From Nitrosopumilaceae archaeon (lineage in GTDB: Archaea; Thermoproteota; Nitrososphaeria; Nitrososphaerales; Nitrosopumilaceae), in NCBI GenBank assembly GCA_052389415.1, contig JBQTHX010000093.1, positions 1 through 16,035 on the forward strand: a DNA stretch of 16,035 nt. The letters are read 5' to 3'. Numbering within the stretch: the stretch's first letter is position 1; every line of letters begins with the position of its first letter. The translations under genes and the position numbers were made by a program. Under the pieces are notes generated by a model. The model was not told the origin of the DNA, ran no database searches, and saw nothing but the letters and a program-made list of their open reading frames with translations. Positions 8,516 to 15,671 of the stretch are shown here, piece after piece.

Positions 8516-8926
8516 ATGAAAGTCATAGATCATCTTATTGATTTTAAAGGATTCTTGCTTGCAGGTAGCGCAGTTATATCGTTTTCACAATTTGTCTATA
8601 CTTTGTTTGGTTATACCATCCCTGAAATTGTTGTACAGTTCTTCAAGGAATTTGGTGCGGTTATAGTAATGATGGCTGTATTTGCTTTTGCTGTAGCATG
8701 GTTGTTAAAGGCAAAACCACATAAAAGACCTCAGAACTTTTCCATAATCACCTATGATGTATATGGCAATAAATCAGTGATTGATGGACTAAGAACAATG
8801 TTCAAAACACATGATGTAGCATGGAGTTTTATGAAGCAGTACAAAAAAGCATATCCTTTATATAATTTTGCAATGGTATCAGATTTACCAAATTCCGAAA
8901 AGTTAACAATCTTCAAATACATCTAA
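8516..8926 (+). CDS. Hypothetical membrane protein (two N-terminal TM helices and a soluble C-terminal domain)
   Basis: Fills the gap between neighbours. Hydrophobic stretches FLLAGSAVISFSQFVYTLFGY and FGAVIVMMAVFAFAVAWLL are followed by basic KAKPHKR. Confidence 0.8.
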   Translation: MKVIDHLIDFKGFLLAGSAVISFSQFVYTLFGYTIPEIVVQFFKEFGAVIVMMAVFAFAVAWLLKAKPHKRPQNFSIITYDVYGNKSVIDGLRTMFKTHDVAWSFMKQYKKAYPLYNFAMVSDLPNSEKLTIFKYI

Positions 8927-9006
8927 TAAATTTTCCAAAACTTGGTCATATTACTTTAACGCAGCTTTAAAACCACAAACTAAATTTTATTTCTTAATAG
9001 ATTATT

Positions 9007-9912
9007 CTATTTTTTCTTCGCTTTTTTCTTTTTCTTGTTTTTTAAATGCCACACAAAGATCAAAAATCCAATGACTGAAGAAACAATCGTTCCTACACCT
9101 ACAACTGGAGCTATGAAGAAATTTCCTAACCAAATTCCTTCTGCATCTCCTATCTCAAGCATTCCTCTTTGTCTTGCAAAAACTTTCAGCGAGTCGTCCA
9201 TGGTGTATTCTTTACCATGAATATCAAGAAATGAAGTTACTACATTTAGTTCGAAATCTGAAGGAATCACTAAATCATTTGATGTCTGCAAAATAAATTC
9301 AAAATTTTCTTCTTTGCCTGCATCCAAGTTTGTAAGTGAATGGGTCTTTTTACCAGTTAATTCTACTTGACTAGAATCTATGGCTATCTTGATGTTTTGT
9401 GCATTAGCTCCTTGATTTCTGATAATTCCTTTGACAGCAAAAGACTCTCCTGAAAATACAGAATCTGGAGCCTCAAAGTATAGTAAAATCATGGGTTTTG
9501 ATTGGACGTTAAACTCGACTACTTTTGTGAAACTATTTTTTACCGGATTTTCATCAAAGAAGCCTTTGATAAAATACTCTGTTGAAATATTTGCAAGGAT
9601 TTTTCCATCTGGTGAATTAGGTTTAATTTTCATATTAAAATTATTACCTAATGAAGAATCTCTAGGAAGACTTTGTATATTGAATTTATTTTGTGAAATT
9701 TCTATTTCCGGTGATGAGATGCCAATTGTAATATTGGATATCTGATCTGCTTTTGCTTTAACCATTGTTGAAAGAACGAACTCGTCTCCTTGAATGACTA
9801 CATCCGGATAATTTACAGTAAGATCCATATTCGGATCTGATGTGATATTCTCAACACCATAAATTGGTAATATGAAAACAGATGCGATAAAAACTAGAAT
9901 AATTCTAATCAC
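9007..9912 (-). CDS. Secreted, C-terminally anchored surface protein with two Ig-like (COG1361/CARDB-like) repeats
   Basis: GTG start, signal peptide MIRIILVFIASVFILPIYG, two beta-rich repeats (PDVVIQGDEF.. and PDSVFSGESF..), C-terminal TM helix and a KNKKKKKAKKK tail. Confidence 0.8.
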   Translation of the reverse strand: MIRIILVFIASVFILPIYGVENITSDPNMDLTVNYPDVVIQGDEFVLSTMVKAKADQISNITIGISSPEIEISQNKFNIQSLPRDSSLGNNFNMKIKPNSPDGKILANISTEYFIKGFFDENPVKNSFTKVVEFNVQSKPMILLYFEAPDSVFSGESFAVKGIIRNQGANAQNIKIAIDSSQVELTGKKTHSLTNLDAGKEENFEFILQTSNDLVIPSDFELNVVTSFLDIHGKEYTMDDSLKVFARQRGMLEIGDAEGIWLGNFFIAPVVGVGTIVSSVIGFLIFVWHLKNKKKKKAKKK

Positions 9913-9915
9913 AAT

Positions 9916-9941
9916 GTTAGATTCAAATTCTAACTTATAAT
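9916..9941 (-). promoter_or_regulatory. TATA box and downstream palindrome for the surface-protein gene
   Basis: Minus-strand ATTATAAG (9941-9934) lies about 22 nt before GTG 9912. GTTAGA-N7-TCTAAC at 9916-9934. Confidence 0.5.
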
Positions 9942-9951
9942 ATTGTTTGAA

Positions 9952-11037
9952 TTATTTTTTAGGATTGTATTTGTCCTTAAAATATGGCAAAACAGTAGAG
10001 CCAAATTTATCTATTGAGGCAAAATATCCGGAACCCCAGAATCTGATAATAAAGTGGTTTACACCAGCTTTTAGGAATCTTTCGAAAATGGGTATGATGT
10101 CATCCGGTGTTCCAAGTGCAATTGAAGAGCGTGCTACCTTGTCAGGAATAGTTTGAGCAGCCTCCCGCATTTTCACTATCCATTCTTGATTTGACATTGA
10201 ATATTCTGTAAAATATTTTTTAAAATCAAACCCTGCAATGTCTTCTATGTTGTGAACCTTGAGTATTTCTGGTTTGAAAAGACTTACCTTTACGGCATTC
10301 TTCATTTTTGCCCATGCTTCCTCAGCATCATCGGCAAAATACACATCAATATCTACTGCAAATTGAAAATCTTTCTCATCTCTACCGTTTTCTTTCATCG
10401 CGCTTTTTATTACATTGGCATGGACTTCGTAAAGCTCAGGAGTGTATCCAATAGGAATCCATCCATCGCCATACTTTCCGCACAGTCCTAATGTTCTAGG
10501 TGCACCAGCTGCCATGTAAATTGGTGGATGTGGTTTTCTGATACTTTTTGCTTGCAGACAGGCTTCTTCTAATTGATAAAACTCTCCATTAAAATTAACT
10601 CTGTGTTCAGGCGATGACTCGAATAGTAATTTAATGACTTGGAGCTGCTCTTCAAATCTTCCAACAGGTTTTTCCCACTGTATCTTGAACTCTTTGATGT
10701 TTTGTGCTTCCCCTGCACCTATACCAAGAGTTCCTCTACCATGAGATACTCTATCTAGTGTTATTGCTGATAATGCAATATTTGACGGATGTCGTCGTAC
10801 GGCATCAGTCACACACGTTCCAAGTTCAACATTATTTGTTATTGAAGCAATTGCGGAAAGCATAACCCAAGGATCATTTACAATTGCGTGATTCCATTGA
10901 GGTACATTTGTATGGTCCATGTACCATATGGAGTTGTATCCCATTCTATCAGCTAATACACATGCGGTAAGAATCTGGTCCTCTGTTAATCCAAGTCTTG
11001 CCACATTCAAGCCTTGTTGAATTCCAAACTTGATCAT
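9952..11037 (-). CDS. Luciferase-like (LLM class) oxidoreductase, probably F420-dependent
   Basis: GYNSIWYMDH, DPWVMLSAIA..ELGTCVT..RRHP, GRGTLGIGAGE, IYMAAGAPRTL..GKYGDGW, LGTPDDI..AGVNHF form the LLM TIM-barrel pattern. Confidence 0.9.
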   Translation of the reverse strand: MIKFGIQQGLNVARLGLTEDQILTACVLADRMGYNSIWYMDHTNVPQWNHAIVNDPWVMLSAIASITNNVELGTCVTDAVRRHPSNIALSAITLDRVSHGRGTLGIGAGEAQNIKEFKIQWEKPVGRFEEQLQVIKLLFESSPEHRVNFNGEFYQLEEACLQAKSIRKPHPPIYMAAGAPRTLGLCGKYGDGWIPIGYTPELYEVHANVIKSAMKENGRDEKDFQFAVDIDVYFADDAEEAWAKMKNAVKVSLFKPEILKVHNIEDIAGFDFKKYFTEYSMSNQEWIVKMREAAQTIPDKVARSSIALGTPDDIIPIFERFLKAGVNHFIIRFWGSGYFASIDKFGSTVLPYFKDKYNPKK

Positions 11038-11077
11038 TTTGTAATAATCCTATGATATGATGATCATTTGTATGAAG

Positions 11078-11085
11078 TATTTAAG
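11078..11085 (-). promoter_or_regulatory. Putative TATA box for the LLM gene
   Basis: Minus-strand CTTAAATA (11085-11078), about 41 nt before ATG 11037, implying a short 5' UTR that contains AGGA. Confidence 0.45.
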
Positions 11086-11145
11086 TTTAGTAAATTACCA
11101 AAATTTGAAACTTGCTATTTAATCCGAATTGGATTTGTTGCCTGA

Positions 11146-12090
11146 TTAGAGTCTGCCTTCTTGTATGTCCTTTAATAATTGGACCACGTCGTCTTTAGTG
11201 ACAGGAATCGGATTAGGATCAAGATGGCCCCTGTCTGTCATAACCGTGTCAGCAGCTTGATCAAAAGGCGTTTTTAAAGTTAGTCTGTCAAACTTCAATT
11301 TTTCAATGACTTCTTTGAATTTTTCATAGAATATGGATTTATTGAATTTGTGAGCAACGGTGGTACAAGAGGAAAGTGAATATCCATGAGGTATTCCCTC
11401 GTTTGAGTATACATAAGAAAGAGCATGCCCTAGTGTAGTTGAAGCATTTCCAAACCCAATTCCAGAAAGCATCGACCCATAAGGATAATTCTCTGGTTTG
11501 TTGTTTATTATGGCATCATACAACACATCAAAGGCGGCTTTACACATTGTCTTTGTAAACTCGTTTCCTTTCTTGCTATCGTAACCCTCAGTAGCCTGTG
11601 CACATGCATCGCATACTGAATTTTTGATGATTGCTTCAGGTGTCCCATCCAGAAAATAAGAGTCAACTACTGCCATGTCTGCAAGGAATTTTTCATCTTG
11701 TAACAACTTCTTTTTTCCATCGAATTTGAGTACACAATAAGTAGTCATTTCGCTACCAGTTCCAAATGTTGTAGGTATGAGTATTTTTGGTATCTTTAGT
11801 TCTGAGGCGGCATATTTGGCAACATCTTGTGAGCTACCTCCACCTAAACCTATTATTGCAGACAAATTCTTTGATTTGTAATCCGAAATTACCTTTTGCA
11901 CCGTTTCTATGGAAGGTTCTGGTTCTACCTTGTCAAAGAGAATGTAATCTTTTATGCCCATTTTTGAAATCCATTTTGATGAAACCTCTGGAGGAGCAGT
12001 TGTTACAATGAGTGTATTTTTTGGATATTCAGTTTCAGAAAGAGCATTTTTACCAAATTTAATTATCTTTGGAATTCTTATTGTATGCAT
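11146..12090 (-). CDS. Iron-containing (type III) alcohol dehydrogenase; probable malonic semialdehyde reductase of the thaumarchaeal 3HP/4HB cycle
   Basis: VEPEPS, GLGGGSSQDVAK, IPTTFGTGSEMT, LGHALSY, IPHG. Closely matches my recollection of Nitrosopumilus maritimus Nmar_1110 (MHTVRIPK..CDACAQATEGYDSK..GHLDPNPIP); not checked by alignment. Confidence 0.88.
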   Translation of the reverse strand: MHTIRIPKIIKFGKNALSETEYPKNTLIVTTAPPEVSSKWISKMGIKDYILFDKVEPEPSIETVQKVISDYKSKNLSAIIGLGGGSSQDVAKYAASELKIPKILIPTTFGTGSEMTTYCVLKFDGKKKLLQDEKFLADMAVVDSYFLDGTPEAIIKNSVCDACAQATEGYDSKKGNEFTKTMCKAAFDVLYDAIINNKPENYPYGSMLSGIGFGNASTTLGHALSYVYSNEGIPHGYSLSSCTTVAHKFNKSIFYEKFKEVIEKLKFDRLTLKTPFDQAADTVMTDRGHLDPNPIPVTKDDVVQLLKDIQEGRL

Positions 12091-12114
12091 GTTAGCAAGT
12101 AGATTTGTGATTAT

Positions 12115-12122
12115 TATTATAC
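12115..12122 (-). promoter_or_regulatory. Putative TATA box for the reductase gene, in a 68-bp divergent spacer
   Basis: Minus-strand GTATAATA (12122-12115), 25 nt before ATG 12090. Confidence 0.45.
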
Positions 12123-12158
12123 CTTACAGAATATGAGAGTCTTAGGAATATTTGGTAG

Positions 12159-13445
12159 ATGTTAATTAAGAATTTTAGAGAACTTGCTACAAGTCAAGAT
12201 AAACAAATTGTGTTACGGATACTAGACTCTGGCCTACAGGCAGGATTACCTAAAAACAGAATAAGAAAATTTGTTCATGATGACAAACTCTCATTTGGGA
12301 AATATGTAAAAAGTTTGTTACAGTATGAACGCATATTTCTTGTGGCTTTTGGTAAGGCTGCGGATTCTATGGCATGTGAGGTAGAGTCACTGATAAGAAC
12401 AAGTGGAGGCATTATTGTAATCCCAAAAGGATACACATCTGTCTTAAAAAAAAGAAAATTTAAAGTTATACATTCAGGACACCCAATTCCAAATAAAAAC
12501 AGCATCATTGCAGCAAATCAAATCATTAAATTTCTTCAAAAAAGGAAAAAATATGACCTAGTAATTTTTCTAGTTTCTGGCGGTGCCTCATCGCTTGTTT
12601 CCTTACCTGATGGAATTGCTCTTGGTGAGAAAAAAACCGTCACAGATTTGCTAATCAACTGTGGAGCTAGTATAGAAGAAATAAACTGTGTAAGAAAACA
12701 TCTTTCAAAAATTAAAGGTGGTAGACTCTTAGAGCATCTCAAATGTGATGCCATCTCTCTTGTGATGTCCGATGTGATAAAGGATGATATTACTACTATT
12801 GCGTCAGGAATAACGAGTTTTGATAGAACAACATTTGCAGATGCACAAAAAATCTTGAAAAAATACAAACTCTGGCATCTTGTTACTACAAATATTCGAA
12901 AGAGGATATGTTTTGGAACTGCAAAAAAAATTCCTGAAACACCAAAACGAGAAAAAATAAAAAATCATATCATCGCCTCAAACATTGACTGTTTAATAGC
13001 AATGGGAAAGACAGCAAAAAGTTTTGGTGTGAATCCAAAAACTGTTTATCCGATTTGTGGTGATGTTAAACAAAATGCAAAAAATCTGGCAAATCTAATT
13101 GCCAGTGCAAAGCACAATTCATGCGTTATTTTTGGGGGCGAGCCTACAGTTACAGTGGAAGGTAATGGCAAAGGAGGGAGAAATCAAGAATTAGTATTGT
13201 ATATATTAAAAAACATTCAGGATGTTCAACAAAAAGTCATAGTAGCATCCATAGGCACTGATGGTAAGGATGGAAACACTAACGCGTGTGGGGCACTCTT
13301 AGACGAAACGGCAAATGTAATTACTGCCAAAAAATTCCTGATACGAAATGATTCATATAATTTCCTTAAGAAAAAAAATGGCCTGATATTTACTGGACCA
13401 ACTCACACAAATTTGATGGATATTGGCATATTACTAAAAAGATAA
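12159..13445 (+). CDS. Glycerate 2-kinase (class II, GckA/TtuD/MOFRL family)
   Basis: GKAADSMA, SGHPIP, LVSGGASSL, GASIEEINCVRKHLSKIKGGRL, SDV..DD..IASG, GGEPTV..GKGGRNQE, TDGKDG, TGPTHTNLMD. Confidence 0.93.
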   Translation: MLIKNFRELATSQDKQIVLRILDSGLQAGLPKNRIRKFVHDDKLSFGKYVKSLLQYERIFLVAFGKAADSMACEVESLIRTSGGIIVIPKGYTSVLKKRKFKVIHSGHPIPNKNSIIAANQIIKFLQKRKKYDLVIFLVSGGASSLVSLPDGIALGEKKTVTDLLINCGASIEEINCVRKHLSKIKGGRLLEHLKCDAISLVMSDVIKDDITTIASGITSFDRTTFADAQKILKKYKLWHLVTTNIRKRICFGTAKKIPETPKREKIKNHIIASNIDCLIAMGKTAKSFGVNPKTVYPICGDVKQNAKNLANLIASAKHNSCVIFGGEPTVTVEGNGKGGRNQELVLYILKNIQDVQQKVIVASIGTDGKDGNTNACGALLDETANVITAKKFLIRNDSYNFLKKKNGLIFTGPTHTNLMDIGILLKR

Positions 13446-13820
13446 CACACGTGTAGCAATGTTTTGTTTGGGGTCAATTAGCTCATATTTTATAGCAAGA
13501 TTTCTTTGATCTATCAACCGTTTTATGAAACCATTTCTCTTTTGAATAAAAGAATCTGTACTTGCGACGTTATTAGATAAGTGTTGGTACATGGATTCAG
13601 AGTCAAGCATGATTCTTACAGTGTCTCCGTTTTTTATTATAAATACTCCGATGCCCCAAAAAATCCCTACATGAAGCGCAATATACTTTGATTGTATGAT
13701 TGAAACTATATCCAAATAATTCTCTGCATGCTCTCTATATTGTTCAACCGAAGTTTGAATATTTTTAATAACCCATGAGATTCGTTTTTGATTTCCGTCA
13801 AAAAAGTACACATGATCCAT
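13434..13820 (-). CDS. Hypothetical protein with a degenerate RNase HI-like fold
   Basis: YFFDG..SKYIALHVGI..VRIMLDSESMYQHL..YELIDPKQNIATRVL parallels the archaeal RNase HI motif order. It has an upstream TATA box and overlaps the kinase 3' end by 12 nt. Confidence 0.72.
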   Translation of the reverse strand: MDHVYFFDGNQKRISWVIKNIQTSVEQYREHAENYLDIVSIIQSKYIALHVGIFWGIGVFIIKNGDTVRIMLDSESMYQHLSNNVASTDSFIQKRNGFIKRLIDQRNLAIKYELIDPKQNIATRVLSF

Positions 13821-13846
13821 ATGTCAACCAAAAACGTGTTGATAGT

Positions 13847-13855
13847 CTATATATT
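13847..13855 (-). promoter_or_regulatory. Putative TATA box for 13434..13820
   Basis: Minus-strand AATATATAG preceded by TTCAA, about 27 nt before ATG 13820. Confidence 0.5.
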
Positions 13856-13896
13856 TTGAATACAGCGCTGAATAAGCAAAATAGAAACTTCTTGCT

Positions 13897-14103
13897 ATGC
13901 TAGAACCTCATACATTCTTCACTAATATGGTAGATGAGTTAGTATCGTTTTCTGAATATGATCCAGAACTTGCAGACGGCTTAAGGTGGATTGACGGTGA
14001 AGCGCAAAAACGAGGGATTACCTTCTATGAGATGGTGTTTTTCGTGTTGCATAAATATGATGTAAATGTCAAAGCCAAAGAATGGTTAGAGACAAGAAAC
14101 TAG
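13897..14103 (+). CDS. Small helical hypothetical protein (paralog of 15406..15621)
   Basis: 68-aa ATG-TAG ORF filling the gap; similarity to 15406..15621 supports real coding. Its stop overlaps the citrate synthase stop in CTAG 14100-14103. Confidence 0.8.
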   Translation: MLEPHTFFTNMVDELVSFSEYDPELADGLRWIDGEAQKRGITFYEMVFFVLHKYDVNVKAKEWLETRN

Positions 14104-15266
14104 TGAGATCTTTTTTCAAGCGGAACATATTCACAACCTGAAGGTCCACAATATTTCCCGACATAAACTGCCTTTGGCCTATAAAGCATAGGTTTTGGAG
14201 CTGCTTCTGCAAATTTTTCTTCTATGATATGTGACGTCCATCCTGCTACTCTGGATATTGCAAAAATGGGGGTGTTAAGATCAGGTGGAATTTTTAGCAT
14301 ATAGTAGGTAGACGCACTGTATAGATCAACATTTGGAAAGATATCCGAACCTTTTACTTTTTTCATCTCCTCTGCTGTGATGTCTTCTACTTTTTTGGTG
14401 ATCTTAAACCAAGGTTCGCCAGTTTTTTCAGACAAACGTCTTGATAATTCTCTGAGGACTTCAGCACGAGGATCAAACGTCTTATAAACAGCATGGCCCA
14501 TGCCCATTATTTTTTTTCCTTGAGTTAGTCTTTCTTTAATCCAAGGTTCTACTTTCTCTTCTGTACCCATTTCTAGAAGCATCTGCATTACTTGATAATT
14601 TGCACCTCCATGCAACTCTCCACTCAAGGCTCCTATTGCAGCACTTACGGCAGCATACATGTGAGCTCTAGTAGAGACAACTTCTCTTGCAGCAAAGGTT
14701 GAAGCGTTAAAACTATGTTCTGCATGTAAAATCAAACAAATGTCAAAAATTCTTGAAAGCTCATTATCTGGCTCGTCTCCTGTGAGCATATACAGAAAAT
14801 TCCCGGCATGACTAAGCTTTTTTGAAGGCTTAATCAACTCTTTCCCACTACGAATTCTGTTCCAATATGCTACAATTATTGGTATTTTAGCAATGAGTTG
14901 GATTGCTCTGTTATAGTTAATGTCGCGATCATCTGCTTTCTCTGTGTCATATAACGCAAGTGTCGAAACAGTTGATTGTAGTACATCCATTGGGTTGGAG
15001 TTTTTAGGAAGGTTCCTAAGATTTTTTTCGATACCGTCAGGAATCTCACGAGCGTCTACAAGTTTATTGAAAAAATCGTTAAGAGTATCTTGCGTAGGAA
15101 GGTCTTCATTGAGTAGTAAACAGGCCGTTTCTTCAAAAGTGGATTTCTTTACTAAATCCAAAATATCATATCCTCGATAGATAAGTTTGCCATTTATCCC
15201 GTCAATTGCTGAAATCTTGGTATCAGCTACTTCTATATTACGAAGACCTATGTTTTTTGTCTCCAC
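14100..15266 (-). CDS. gltA: Citrate synthase
   Basis: GTG start; KLIYRGY, HAEHSFNAST, LHGGAN, GMGHAVYKTFDPRA, PNVDLYS, FAISRVAGW, YRP. Confidence 0.96.
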   Translation of the reverse strand: METKNIGLRNIEVADTKISAIDGINGKLIYRGYDILDLVKKSTFEETACLLLNEDLPTQDTLNDFFNKLVDAREIPDGIEKNLRNLPKNSNPMDVLQSTVSTLALYDTEKADDRDINYNRAIQLIAKIPIIVAYWNRIRSGKELIKPSKKLSHAGNFLYMLTGDEPDNELSRIFDICLILHAEHSFNASTFAAREVVSTRAHMYAAVSAAIGALSGELHGGANYQVMQMLLEMGTEEKVEPWIKERLTQGKKIMGMGHAVYKTFDPRAEVLRELSRRLSEKTGEPWFKITKKVEDITAEEMKKVKGSDIFPNVDLYSASTYYMLKIPPDLNTPIFAISRVAGWTSHIIEEKFAEAAPKPMLYRPKAVYVGKYCGPSGCEYVPLEKRSH

Positions 15267-15287
15267 TAGATTAATTTCGAAAACTGC

Positions 15288-15295
15288 ATATTAAA
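15288..15295 (-). promoter_or_regulatory. Putative TATA box for citrate synthase
   Basis: Minus-strand TTTAATAT (15295-15288), 22 nt before GTG 15266. Confidence 0.55.
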
Positions 15296-15375
15296 GTCAT
15301 ACGAAAAAATTATCTAGACTCGGATCAAAAAACAATTAAAAAATTAAGTAATTTGTCTATTCTGGCAACTTTGAT

Positions 15376-15383
15376 CTATATAG
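15376..15383 (+). promoter_or_regulatory. Putative TATA box for 15406..15621
   Basis: CTATATAG, about 23 nt before ATG 15406. Confidence 0.5.
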
Positions 15384-15405
15384 GACAATTTTAAGACTAG
15401 ATAAA

Positions 15406-15621
15406 ATGACAGAATTAGAGAGGGATTTTATCAAACTTGTAGATGAATTTGTAATTAATACTACTGATGAAGACATTCTAAGAGAAATTAACAAGCTTGA
15501 TATGGAATCACGATTACTAGGAATCTCATTTTATGATATGTACTGTGTCATGTTACAAGATGTAGCTGGTCATCAAAATCTAGTTTCAAAATTCAAAGTT
15601 TATACACAATCAAGAAAATAA
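15406..15621 (+). CDS. Small helical hypothetical protein (paralog of 13897..14103)
   Basis: 71-aa ORF with an upstream TATA box; shares F..[ML]VDE[LF]V and D.E....GI[TS]FY[ED]M with 13897..14103. Confidence 0.8.
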   Translation: MTELERDFIKLVDEFVINTTDEDILREINKLDMESRLLGISFYDMYCVMLQDVAGHQNLVSKFKVYTQSRK

Positions 15622-15637
15622 TCTGAATCGTTTTTAG

Positions 15638-15644
15638 TTTAAAT
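15638..15644 (+). promoter_or_regulatory. Putative TATA box for the DHH gene
   Basis: TTTAAAT, about 28 nt before ATG 15672. Confidence 0.45.
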
Positions 15645-15671
15645 GAGGGAAGCTATCCCATTGATTATTCA

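Noticed and set aside
11121-11135. AATCC-N5-GGATT hairpin downstream of the reductase gene
   Set aside because: Only a 5-bp stem with no adjacent U-tract on the minus strand; too weak to call a terminator.
12110-12121. (ATT)n microsatellite-like run
   Set aside because: Only about four units, and explained by the AT-rich promoter region.
9035-15180. Antisense ORFs at 9035, 9431, 9947, 10252, 11787, 11954, 12275, 12536 and 14920
   Set aside because: Shadows of genuine genes on the opposite strand, with no independent support.
13897-15621. Composite mobile element formed by the paralogs flanking gltA
   Set aside because: Similarity is only at the diverged protein level; no transposase, terminal repeats or target duplications were seen.
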